From Asterias rubens (taxonomy: Eukaryota), in the NCBI RefSeq assembly GCF_902459465.1, contig NC_047062.1:17236001-17300000 (forward strand): a DNA stretch of 64,000 nt, read 5' to 3'. The position numbers and the translations under genes were made by a program. How positions within the stretch are numbered: position 1 is the first letter of the stretch; every line of letters begins with the position of its first letter. The notes under the pieces were generated by a model that made no database searches, was not told where the DNA came from, and worked only from the letters and a program-made list of their open reading frames with translations. Of this stretch, positions 46,601 through 58,517 are shown piece by piece.

Positions 46601-49600
46601 TGTGGTAGAGTAGGGGTTAACAACAACAATGTTTCTGGTCCACATAGCAAGCACTCTTAATTACAGGTTTCCTCAAGCATGTGATTAAGTTCACTTATGT
46701 GGAATCTTTGGTTTCATTGCCAGAATTCTCCTGAAGACAATCAGAGTCTGCTGATTTGGAACGTTGAGTCCTTAACCACCGGTTCTTTTCAGAACCAACA
46801 CCACTCAAAAGAGATATTCACATGGTGTTACCGCAAATTTCTCTTAGTTATACTTCCACCATGCAAAGTTTCAAATCCTACAGAAATAAATGATACGGCT
46901 TAAGTCACTGGCTCTTACCTCTCCCACAGCATTGCATCCCTGGCTGTCTATCATGAAGGTTTCCTTCGCAGCACACTTGATCAGTCTTGAGATACGACTC
47001 TTGCTTACAGCAGCCTTGTACTTCATTAATCTTAGGGACATGATGGATCTTTCCATAGCAACATGAGTCCAGCGAACTGCTGTATGGCGTAGCACGGCAG
47101 CAACTTCCATGACCTAAAACGAGTTCCAACAAAGGAAGTTGTTAATACATTAGTTTCAGAACCCGCTTAGTACAGAACTCATCTCAGAGCATTTGGAGCA
47201 GTCTGACAAAATGTTGGCCTCAGATCAAGCTGAGATTGAACCAGTAGATTCAGAATGCCCATGTTCCTTTACTCTCTGCATTTGAATTGTAGAGGGTACT
47301 ATAACATGATCTCTCAAAAGAAAAATGACAGGGTCTTAAATAATTCTTGTGAATGATGACAGTTTTGCAGAGGACTGGATTTGGGTTCGAATCCCACCAT
47401 AGTGATTTGCCTGTGGATGATTTTCATAAAACACAGGAAAGAGTATAAAGTGATTAATTATAATGGTAAATGTAAGGGCAAGGGCACCAAGGCATTGCCT
47501 TTTTGGTAAAGGGCACCCTGTGAGGAAATTGTAAATTTCTACTGGCGGAGCATTTCAAAAATATAATTTTCAAAAGTATAATGTTATGTTAGGTAGATTC
47601 ATCAATTACTCACCAATGTCGTATAGAACTCTGTTTGTACCAAACCCACAGCACACCTTATTGGCTGGGTTAAAAGCGTTGGTGGCACAGCACTCTGTTT
47701 CTCCATCTGTCAGATCTCTTACTGTGTCCTCGCAGCAGATTTGTGAGCGAGTGTCAAAGGTCGTTCCGCCGCAGCAGTCGTTGTAGGGAGTTTTATCTTT
47801 CTGGGCCTGGGGGGGGGGGGAGAAAAAAATTACTTATCATCTGAACCAAAGTTTTGTACAATTTTGCGAAACATAAAACTGGACAAACAAAAGCGAACAA
47901 CTGACATCCTCAACGTCAGACTTATTTGAAGCTTCAAGGAAACAAACAAATCATAATCTACATTTTGTTGTATTTCTTCATCTATTAATCACTTCTTGAT
48001 TCCTCCTGATCGCAATGAGGAAATGAATGATTCAAAATGAAACATGATATAAAGCCGACTGAATTGATCAACAGCAACGTACCTGATTACAACATCTTGT
48101 CTTTGTGGTATTGATAGCAGTCAGTCCGCAACATTCAAAGTCTCCATCTATCACTGCGTCCTGACCAATCACATGAACCTCACTGGCAGGGTTGGGCTGG
48201 TGTCGTTCACAACACATATCGGTCTCTGGATTGAAGAGCTTGTCCGCTCCGCAGCAGGACCCAAGACCGACCCTTGGGGCGTACTCTACACCGTTAAAGC
48301 AACATGTCTGATAGGAGCTGTCTATCACTGTTGAACCACAGCATACTGAATCTATTAATAGAACATAGATACCAGAGACAATCGTTTAGGATTAGGAAAT
48401 TTATCCATTTAGATACAAGAAAATTGATTGGGAAATCTATTAATTTGAAATAGATACAAGAAAATGCATTGGGATATTTATCGATACAACATATACAAGA
48501 AAATGTATCAAGAAATCTATTATGTAAAACAAAGATACAAGACAATCTATTACGAAATCTATCCATACAACATAAGTACCCAAAAAAATTATTAGGAAAG
48601 TTTTCCTCATGTATCAAACCCTCATGTGTTAAATTGAAGACTCCGTCTCTTCATATTTAAGAGCAATGTTCATAGGAAATTGTTGTGCAACTTTTGGACC
48701 TTTGTCAACAAGGGCTCAATTCATATTGTTAAGAACATTTTGCTTAAAGAGTTTCTGCTATTGATAGATGTTTATAGAAGTAACTGCAAAACAACTAACC
48801 CTTACAAGATGTTCAACATGCATGAGTGAATGTCATTTTCAGCGGCACCTCTTTCAATTGCAAAATTATTTAGTTTTTTTTTTCTTTTTCTCTTTCTTTC
48901 CGTTTGGTGTGTGTTTATATGTGTTTCCTCCAGGTGTACGCAAAACCAACAAAGTATTTGGCACCTTTGACTTTTGAGTGAGGATGATGCAAGAATGTGC
49001 AAGAGAGACTTGGGACAAGGAACTGCCATTAATTCATGAGGCAGGGTTAAGTTTCCTGTTGATAAAAACTTCCTCTTACACAACAACACTTTGGGTCATA
49101 TCACATGAGGCACTGGGATGTATAGGCTACCAGTTCTAAGCCTCCTCAATAAAGAGACGGCCATTCACTTGTTTAATTATTCACATTTACGGCGAAGAAC
49201 TAAATGTTACACTGTTCCTTCTTGAAGGCATTCTCATAACACTCTCTGTCATGTGATTGGAGGATTGTAGGTCACATGTCAACCATCTCTGTCAAGTGAT
49301 TGGAGGATTGTAGATCACATGGCATTCATCAGTTTAGCCAGTGCATAGCCTACATCACAAACCACGTAGTTTGGAACTAATCACGAAGTGACTACTGCAC
49401 ACCAAGACACCCTCAGTGGTGATGTCAGAATACAATCTTGTGTACTTTATTTATTCTGGTAGTTTTATCCACCAATCAAGTGACTAAAATCTACTTGGAT
49501 GTTATTATGAGTGTTTTGCATTTTTTTCTTTTTGCACTCTCCACCAATAGGAATAGGGAAACTGTCTGAGGTATTTATGAATACTAATTAATGGTTCATC

Positions 49601-51091
49601 AGATCATGGCATTACCTGCAGTTCTGTTGTCCAGTGTTCCCATACAGCATATCTTTGAGTCTCTATCGTACACTCGTTCCCCCCTGCCGTGTCCGCAGCA
49701 GTCGAGTGTAGGGGAACTCACATGGTCTATGATCTCATCATTACAGCAACTTTGACTCGCAGAGTCGTAGAGCGACTGGCCACCTGTAACATTAAGAAAC
49801 AACTAATAAACCACAAGGAAAAAACTGACTGGGTACATTTTAAATGATTTGGGGGTTAAACAAAGAACAAATTGACTAGAGTGGGATTGACACCAACATC
49901 CTCCGGATTAACGATGTTCCCTTTGAACACAGATGAGACTGCTGACATAGGGCTACATAGCTCAGCACGTTGAGTGCCTGCCGGAGGTCATTGGACCTAA
50001 ATCATTAGGTAACAACAGTTGGATAATATTCAGTAGCTTTGACACAGATTAAATTAATTCCCTTTCCTCTACGTTTCAATAAACACGCCAACTGTGAACA
50101 TTTCTTCAAATTAGAGCGCACAAAATTGCTACAATTTAAACACCAGTTTGGAAAGTTTAAAAACTTATTTCTTGTCAATAACATTGGTACATTAAAGATG
50201 GAAATATAATGGACAGGCATGAACTTGTATCAACTTTATAATCAGTCTGCTTTTATACTGAATAGTCATTGGGTTTTTTTACCTGTAACCAGATTTTCAT
50301 TTCTTGGGAGAATTTTTCACTTTGAGTTTAATTTGTACAAAGCATGCAGCGTCCTTTGGTTTCATTAGAGAATATGAAATGCATTTGTTTTTAGTACAAG
50401 TCAGCTTTCCACATTCCGTGCCCACCGAACAATCTGTGCTTATCAGGCAATGTTTGCAAGTTGTATTTCTCAAAAATTATATCAACAAAAATGATGATCT
50501 CATACTTAGCTTGTCCTCAAATTAAATTCTGTAACATTTCTATTAATTTTAATGTAGACTTATGTTCAATATTCTTTTGAATGTTAATAAATTGTACAAA
50601 AAAAATGATATAAAAATGGACATGGTGTGGTATGGACATTTGTGATTTCCTTGAAGTGTCATATGGGATCTTGTCCCCTGATGTGTGAACCCCCACCCTT
50701 CTGCCCCTCCATATGGTTAAATTAACATGGGCTAAAGAAAGTAGATGAAAAAGAGGGTGCCATCAAACCAAATGTCTACAAATTGGGGACAGATTGTGGG
50801 TGGAGGGGCATTTTTGTTTTTCTGTACATCAAAATTACCATCCCAACAAATTTAATGATGTTTTTTTTTAAGGATTCACTTTTTTGAATAGATTTGGAGA
50901 AAACAATTCCCCAATTTTTAATGAATAAATAAAAAATTGTGATTTGGTTGGGGCCGAATCTCCTGCCACATAGGTCTTGGCTTGCCTTCAATGATGTGCC
51001 TTTCAGTGGAAAGTTGATTGGTCTAAAAACCTGTAGTCTGGGTGATGAGTCAATCAAACTGGTTACTATGCCTACCAATCTGCCAAGATTT

Positions 51092-51131
<40 letters not shown>

Positions 51132-52894
51132 CCACATCGCTGATGGAAATCACACTGAAAGAGGTCGTTGGGTCAATCTGTCAAAATACTTACAACATGA
51201 CATAGGCGAGATATCGAATCGTATGGAGTGTAGAACACCACCGCAACACAGCTTCTCCCCTGAGTCGTGCGCTGGGCAGAGGAGGCAAACACCTGCAATG
51301 AATTTGAATAATGCATTGTTATTATTTCAACTCAACAAAATGAATTACAAAGACGGTTGTCACTATTGTTCCCTTCTTATATATTGTTTGCATCATCACA
51401 GATTGACATGATGCCCCTGTCATCCATTCATTCATTCATTCATTTTTATTTTTGTTATTAACAAACCAACTGACAGCACGAAGCTGATTTATGTGGCATT
51501 CATGGTAAAAATGTTGTTAAAAGTTAAACATAAATTATAAAATACATAGATTAGCACCACCGCAGTACGGGCGGTGGTGCATAAGTACATTTTAACATAA
51601 TGTTTTGGTGTCTGTATTAATTTATTCATACTTAAATGTATGACGTGGTTGTTGCTGTGGATGTTTTCATTTTGATCAATATTAGTTCGCTAAACTGGCA
51701 TTTATTCACATAATTGTAAATTATATATACACAAGAATAGATACAGAAAGGTGGTTAGGGTTTTTGTTTGTTGCTTGGTTGTTTGTTGGTGTGTTTATTT
51801 GTTTTACCGATAACTTTTAGAAGTATAATACTATACATGAATAGTTGCACCTTTTGTTTTGTTAAGAAGCTACGTTTTTGATATTACAACAAACAATCCG
51901 ATTTCAATGTGTATTACCACATCGTGTACTCTTTTGATTTTCCTGAAGGAAATCATTCATTACTGCACAGCGATTCCAGAAAGCCGACATAATAAGTGCT
52001 AGGTTGCAACATGGCAGCGAGGCACTTGCTACGGTGATGAAATGACTTTGAGATGATGCTAAAAAATATCAAATTAATTTGACGCACTTATTTTCAAAAA
52101 GATAAAAGTCCTCGTGAAAGTGGGGGGGGGGGGGGTTCAAGCCCCATTCTTGCGAAAAAGCCGAAACCGACATTTTATTTACAGTCTTTCAGAGCAAAAT
52201 TTGAAAAAAATGGTCAGCGGATATAAAAACAAATTGGTTCTTACATTTTCAAAGAGTATTTGCGCCAGTCAAAAACGACCGAATTCAATGCCGTTTTGAT
52301 GGAATATCATCAGAATTCAGAAATGAACCGTAAATTATCTGTAAAAGGTATACATACCGTATGAATGATATGTGACATTATCGATTGTTTTTTATTTTGA
52401 CAACAAATTGTACTTGAGCGTATAGGCCTATCAAAAAAGTGGCATTTTGCACAAATTTAACCTGACTTGTCATTTTCTTTTCCATTCTCATATAGACTTA
52501 TCTTTGGGAAAAATTATTGAATCACGGAACTGAATTTGACTTTTATAGCCAGTCTCGGCAGTTTTATATCGACACCAATTTATTATTATCAGCAATAAAA
52601 TTTTTTCACTCTTCGGTTGTTTTTTTGTTCTTTATTTTATTTTTTTATTTTTATTGCATTTGTTTTGTATAATTTCGCTCGCAAAAAGATGAGCCTTCGT
52701 TTACGTTTTCCAGAACTCGTCAACACTCATTCTGAAAGTTAATTATTCTAAAACGAGTGAACTTTTTTTCTGGGTGTGTAAAACTTGATCGTTGCCATTC
52801 TTTATGGCATTCGGTCGATTATTGTTTGATATCAGAAACTAAAAAGACGCTTACCTTGTTTGAGTAGCATCATCAATATAAGCAATAGCATCAT
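40612..52894 (-). CDS. Secreted di-cysteine-repeat protein, galaxin-like (usherin Cys-rich-region type repeats), about 1,259-1,270 aa
   Basis: Exons 52894-52855, 51292-51194, 49783-49616, 48345-48083, 47806-47614, 47113-46919, 46385-46152, 46039-45837, 45493-45264, 44546-44224, 43710-43485, 43108-42751, 42287-41044 (or to stop 41040) and 40648-40612 all join in frame. Hydrophobic N-terminus MMLLLILMMLLKQGVC, dozens of Y-(D/N)-x4-CC-G units, Thr/Ser/Glu-rich spacers, no transmembrane segment. Confidence 0.85.
46728..46768 (+). ncRNA. Second hammerhead-like motif of the Penelope-like repeat family (degenerate)
   Basis: CTC-CTGAAGA-C-AATCAG(agtctg)CTGATT-TGGAA-CG-TT-GAG; the downstream sequence matches the 15.2-15.4 kb repeat. 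Confidence 0.5.
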
Positions 52895-53178
52895 TTCTGT
52901 CTCTCTGACGATACGAAATGTTCCGAGACGCTGTGTGGTTGTTGAGCACGGTCGTGAGCAAGTCATCATTTCGGATTGGCTCGCAACCCAAACTCGAGCA
53001 AAGTGTGTATAAAAAAGTCTCAGCTCCTGAGGTTATCCAAAAGTGAAGTCAGTTCAAATAAATTTATTTATCTACGTTATTCCTTCGCTGTAGTTTGTTC
53101 GTAACTGCCGAAGCGAATTGATGATGTTGACGATTTGTTGTCTGGCTAAATTGTCTTTTGTGTTGAAAAGCGCCTGGG

Positions 53179-53186
53179 TATTTATA
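53179..53186 (-). promoter_or_regulatory. Candidate TATA box of the galaxin-like gene
   Basis: TATAAATA on the - strand, about 285 bp upstream of the ATG at 52894. Confidence 0.4.
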
Positions 53187-55024
53187 CAATACCATAGGCC
53201 AACGATAGCTCCTCCGTCAGACATTATGATGTGATCATTTGTTATTTCTAAGAAGATTGGGGTTTCACCATTATCTATTCCTATAGTTTGAAACTCTCAC
53301 TTATCAGGGCGTTATTGGACAACACTTGTTACGATGTGTTTGAAGTTAGTTGCGCCTCGTGCGCGCCGGATATCATTATTGTGCAACACCTCGCCAGCTT
53401 GATGCGCGCATCAAATGCATTGCAGTATCGATGCACCTCTATGCAATGAAACACGCATGCGCCTAATTTTAATATGGAGCGATTAATGTTAATGTCCATC
53501 TGGTTCGCGCTAGCCCTGAATCATGGGTCTATTTTTAGAAACGACTTTCCCCGTTTGATGTCGTTTTCTGGCTGTTGTGTCTGTTCAAAGTGTGAACGTT
53601 TCAGGTTCGGGAAGATGTTATAATCTGAGAGAGATTATGCAAAAGCAATCCAAGAGTGTGATAGCACGTTGTCCTGAATTGTTTCAGTTTATTTTACCAT
53701 AATTATTATGCGATGGTTCTAAAGCATTGTGCGTTGTAATGTACAGTGTTTTACTCAGTAGTACTGCAATACTGCACATGGAGTCAGTATGGTAATACCG
53801 CTGTCTAGTCAAAAAGCCTGCCAGGTTGTTCCTGGTTTCGTAATACACGCGTATATCCCATTTATGGCATGCGCTAATGGGCACTTGAAACAAAATTAGG
53901 CGTAACGGGTATCGTTAAAAGGACTACTAATTCTTTGTGTTGCAATTCGTCTGTGTCAATATCGGAAATATTTAGAATACTGCAAAGGCCTATATATATT
54001 TTGTTATTTTCGTCTCCAAAAAGCTATATAATAACTTTAAGTGGCATCGATACAGGCCTTACCTTCCCCAACATCTATTTCAAGTGAAATATCAATCTTT
54101 CTTTGGGGAAAATCTTTCTTCTGTATTTAAGGAATTCATTTTCTTTAAAAATCTTCCCAGAGTAAAAATCTTCCCAGAGTAAAACTGTATGTGGACACTC
54201 TACATTATCTATGTATAAATTTCTATATAGATTTTGAGGCATTGCATTGTAGAGGTATCAAAGTAAATGCGGTTTGCGGTATACCAATCTTTTCGATATC
54301 AACTTTGCTAATGTTGATTATTTTTGTCCTTTGGTCTTGATTTTTATTCTGCTGCGGCCGCGGGGTAGATTTGAGAGCTTCTACTCACGGATGTTCTGCA
54401 ATTCTTTGTGGTGTTTGGAAGTCGAATACGTTTGTTAATATACAAATAGTAAACTCGTAAATAAATGCTAGTATTTCTAGTATATGTTTTTTTTCTGTAA
54501 AACTGTTTAGAAATCTATTTTTATAAAGCCCTGTATTTTAAACACAATTCAGCATTTGGTGATGCTTGACATGTTTAATAAACCAATAATAATCACATCA
54601 TAATATTATACGATCATGAAATCTTATAATATCATGACGATGGAGATTGCTCAAGGTTTCAATAAATTTAATTTCACTGCTGAGAGAACAATGCGATTTG
54701 GGGAAAGCCACAGTGGGAGATGGTGTACACAGCCATTTGAAGCTGTTTACAAAAAGTACAAACAAAGAGGAACACACCCGCTCGGGGTGTGAAATGGGGG
54801 GGGGGGTGTAAAGGTTTTAACGGGCACCCACCCAAATATATTACTATACCCGCCTTGACACACATACAAGGTGTTAATTTTGAATAAAATAGTTCAGTCA
54901 GTAACTACCAAGGTGTGCAATTTTGCGACTTGTTAATTTTTCCTGTATTTAAAATTACACACAACAAGTGTCTATGATATTTTTAGAGTTGTAAATCCCT
55001 GTACGGATATTTTGTTACCATTAA

Positions 55025-56217
55025 GGGTACGTTCAGACGTGGGTTAAACTAGTCCTTAATCCAAAAGTGCTAAACTAACCCTGCGTGTGAACGCAATATT
55101 CTGGTCCGCGAGGGTTAATTTGACCCACTGAGCTGGGCTAAACTAAACCAAAAAAATTGGTGGACTAGACTAACTTAGCCCAGGTTTTACGACCAACCCC
55201 CCGCTGCGAGGCCCAGTAAACCATCGTTGGAACGCAACTGACCTGCTACTTCCGGTCTATTTTAGCCCAAATGACCGCGGCAACAAAGGTGACGTCATTC
55301 CACGTGTATGGATGGATCGGCAGCGAGTATTGGGTGGTGTCTTCATGAATCCATGGAGCTATATAATATCTCCTTGCGTCTCTCCGCTGCCTTCCCTTTA
55401 TGTTACCATTAAGTGTTGGGGCCCCGGTATTCCCCTTCGCCGAAAATGTTTGAAATGGACGTCGCACGAAAACAAGTTCTCATTTTTAGTAGCACTATTT
55501 AGTTTTTAAATTCACTTCTTCTGTGTGCAACGCTACTTTATGATAACGAACGGGTTTTGCTTTGAAGAAAGTGGCATCTAATCACAGCTAAGCCACACAC
55601 ACGGGATCGACAATTAAGACCAAAGTTTGGGTTCGAAAACTAGGTTGTATCTGGTTCCTGCCCTCAACAACTTTACGTAACAGTTATACGAGTAGCAGAC
55701 TAATGTTGAATTGAAAAACAATTTTTAACGTAACATGAGAATGTGTGTAGGCTACGACTTCTCAATGACCAAGTTGTGATATATTTACAAAAGTTCACAC
55801 TCGAAAATAATTTGAAGCTTTCAACAACAACGTGTAAATGTTTCGTTCATCGAGGGCAGTGCGGAACGGAAACTTCAGCGGGCACAATAGAATTGCGTTT
55901 GTGCTGGGGCCAAGCAAGGATATGAAGTGATTTGCCGTCCTTTAATGAATGGAATACTGATGACCATGAGGTTCGTAGAAACGATAGCGGATCGAAACCC
56001 TGTGGAAAACGCATGGACAATGTAACAAACCGGAACCAGCAAGGTAAGGTTCGCCGATGCAGACCCCAATACAACATCGTGGGCTAGTTTAGTCCGCTTG
56101 ACCAGAATAAACTCACTGTGTGAACGCAAGCCAATTTTGGACTAAGTCATGTTTATCTTTTGGACACCCGCGGTGCTCGGATTAAGGACTAGTTTAACCC
56201 CACGTCTGAACGTACCC
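55025..56217. mobile_element. 1.19-kb non-autonomous PIF/Harbinger-like DNA transposon
   Basis: ~38-bp TIR gggtacgttcagacgtgg(g)gttaaactagtccttaatcc; TAA on both flanks (55022-55024, 56218-56220); no recognisable transposase. Confidence 0.82.
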
Positions 56218-56676
56218 TAAGCAAACGGGATAATTGAGGGGGAGCACCCCCTGTTGCGATTCGATGCCCATCCTCTGTAACTACTTCTCACAGATGTATC
56301 AAATGACGAGTTGCGTTTTAAGTTAACAACAAATCAAGTGAAATCAAGAAAATTGCGCGCTCCCTCGTCAATGAAAGCGTAAAGGGCGGGATAAACAAAA
56401 TGGCGTCGATACTGAAAGAACCTGCCGTGTCTGGACAAAGTTTCAGTGAAAATCCCATCTAGTTTCCTGTTAGCTTCAAAATCACGCAATATTTCCATGT
56501 TTTTATTCTTGAAGGAATTTAATCTTTCACTTTCTGGTTTCGTTTGGAATCAGACACCAGTGTAACCAGACACCAGTTTCCGCTTTGTGATGTCATGATG
56601 AAAGTTGTCTCAAATATGTTTAAGACGATAATTTTTTACATCAGTTCAGTTCATCAATAATAACAATTCTTTACCT

Positions 56677-57084
56677 TTAAAGGCAGTGGACACTATTGGT
56701 AATTACTGAAAATAATTATTAGCACGAAACCTTACTTGGTAACGAGTAATAGGGAGAGGTTGGTAGTATAAAACATTGTGAGAAACGGCTCCCTCTGAAG
56801 TGCCATAGTTTTCGGGAAAGAAGTAATTTTCCACGAATTTGATTTCGAGACCTCAAGTTTAGAACTTGAGGCCTCGATGTTAGAACTTGAGGTCTCGAAA
56901 TCAACCATCTAAACGCACACAACTTCGTGTGACAAGGGTGTTTTTTCTTTCATTATTATCTCGCAACTTCGACGAACAATTGAGCTCAAATTTTCACAGG
57001 TTTGTTATTTCATGCATATGTTGAGATACACCAAGTGAGAATACTGGTCTTTGACAATTACCAAATAGTGTCCACTGTCTTTAA
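56677..57084. mobile_element. Kolobok/T2-like MITE, full length, with a ~19-bp internal tandem duplication
   Basis: ttaaaggcagtggacac...gtgtccactgtctttaa; ttagaacttgagg occurs twice. Confidence 0.87.
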
Positions 57085-57657
57085 TTCCACGGCAGCTTAG
57101 ATGTTGTTGGTTTAAGGCGGTTTTTGTTTATGCTCAGCTTTATATGAAATCGGTTTGACAGGGCATTTTGCGAATGATTTTAGTTCTGTCCTGCCTATAA
57201 CGTTTTCAACAATCGAAAACATGAATTGGCAATTTGCATGATTATGAAAGATTACTTGTCATCCAATACAAGCTGTGTGCACTGTGCAATAACTTGATCG
57301 GACATTATTTCTATGAGCGAAAAAGTTGCCACAAGCCCACAACATTGAATTCATATTCCATTCAGACAGAAATATTTCAAGGGATGTTTTCTGTCATCAT
57401 TAGACAGTGTAAGTTTTATGGAAATCTAGTTTTATCTTATTACCAACTATGTAATATTCCTTTAGGTAATTTTGCCTCTTCACTTGAAGTCGTTATCTAG
57501 GTCCACGTTGAGGCACATCAATTTATATAGTATTATACATGTAAATACTAATTTTTTTAAGGTTTTCCTTTTGAGAAATACAGGCATTCAATAGAAAAGT
57601 AGCGCAATTATATCGATCGGCGAAAAGCTGCTGCCAATGTGAATGCGGTTAAATTAT

Positions 57658-58045
57658 TTAATGACAGTGGACACTATTGGTAATCGTCAAAGACCTGTCT
57701 TTTCACTTGGTGTATCTCAACATATGAACAAAATATCAAACCTGTGAAAATTTGAACTCAATTGGTCGTCGAAGTTGCGAGATATAATAATTAAAGAAAA
57801 AACACCCTTGTCACACGAAGTTGTACGCTTTCAGATATTATTTCAAAATCTAATTCTGAGGTCTCGAAATCAAATTCAAATGTTTGAGTGGAAAATAACT
57901 TCCTTCGTGAAAACTACTTTACTTCAGAGGGAGCCGCTTCTCAAAATGTTGTATACTATCAACAGCTCTCCATTGCGTGTTACCAAGTAAGTTTTTATGC
58001 TAACAATTATTTTGAGTAATTACCAATAGTGTTCAGTGCCTTTAA
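57658..58045. mobile_element. Kolobok/T2-like MITE, reverse orientation
   Basis: ttaatgacagtggacactattggtaat...taccaatagtgttcagtgcctttaa. Confidence 0.82.
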
Positions 58046-58219
58046 GTGGATCGTTAAATTGAAAACGCAAAACATCATAATTGCTCACTCAGTTGATTTT
58101 CGATGACAGCTTTTAAATTCGCGTAAACTGGAATAACGCGACGTTTAAATTAACCTCTTATATTTTGCCAAAAAAATACCGGGAAATGTTGCATTGTATA
58201 ACAAAACGAAGGTCTAAGT

Positions 58220-58517
58220 GATGTTAAATTTGCATCGGGGATAAAGAATATTAATTTTTGGTTTATACCCATACACCGATGTTTGTTAGCACTGTATACT
58301 AAGTACTTTCCCGAGTCCTGTGAAAAAAATATCACAGGCGTTTTACTCGGGCGGGATTAAAACCCCGGACCCTTGCAATTCTAGAGCAGTGTCTTACCAA
58401 CTAGACTACCGAGGTTACCCGGTAGCTAGAGGCAGTTCAAATCCTATGTTTTGGCAGCGGGTACCGCAACAGTATAAGAGATGCTAAATTTGCATCGGGA
58501 TAAAGAATATTAATTTT
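58220..58517 (-). mobile_element. tRNA-mimic 258-bp repeat family: terminally redundant 1.15-unit insertion
   Basis: The ~40-bp gatgttaaatttgcatcgggg-ataaagaatattaatttt segment is present at both ends. TSD acgaaggtc(g)taagt (58206-58219 / 58518-58532). Confidence 0.85.

Noticed and set aside
51554-51580. Isolated GC-rich 10-bp hairpin resembling a Helitron 3' end or terminator
   Set aside because: No CTRR terminus at the expected distance on either strand, and intrinsic terminators are irrelevant in this genome.
40612-52894. Calling the Cys-rich gene usherin (USH2A)
   Set aside because: No laminin, EGF, LamG, FN3 or transmembrane segments occur between the signal peptide and the stop; only the shared di-Cys repeat is present.
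55965-56015. CTGATGA...GAAA hammerhead-like words in the Harbinger element
   Set aside because: Stem II and stem III cannot be closed properly and no NUH site is correctly placed.
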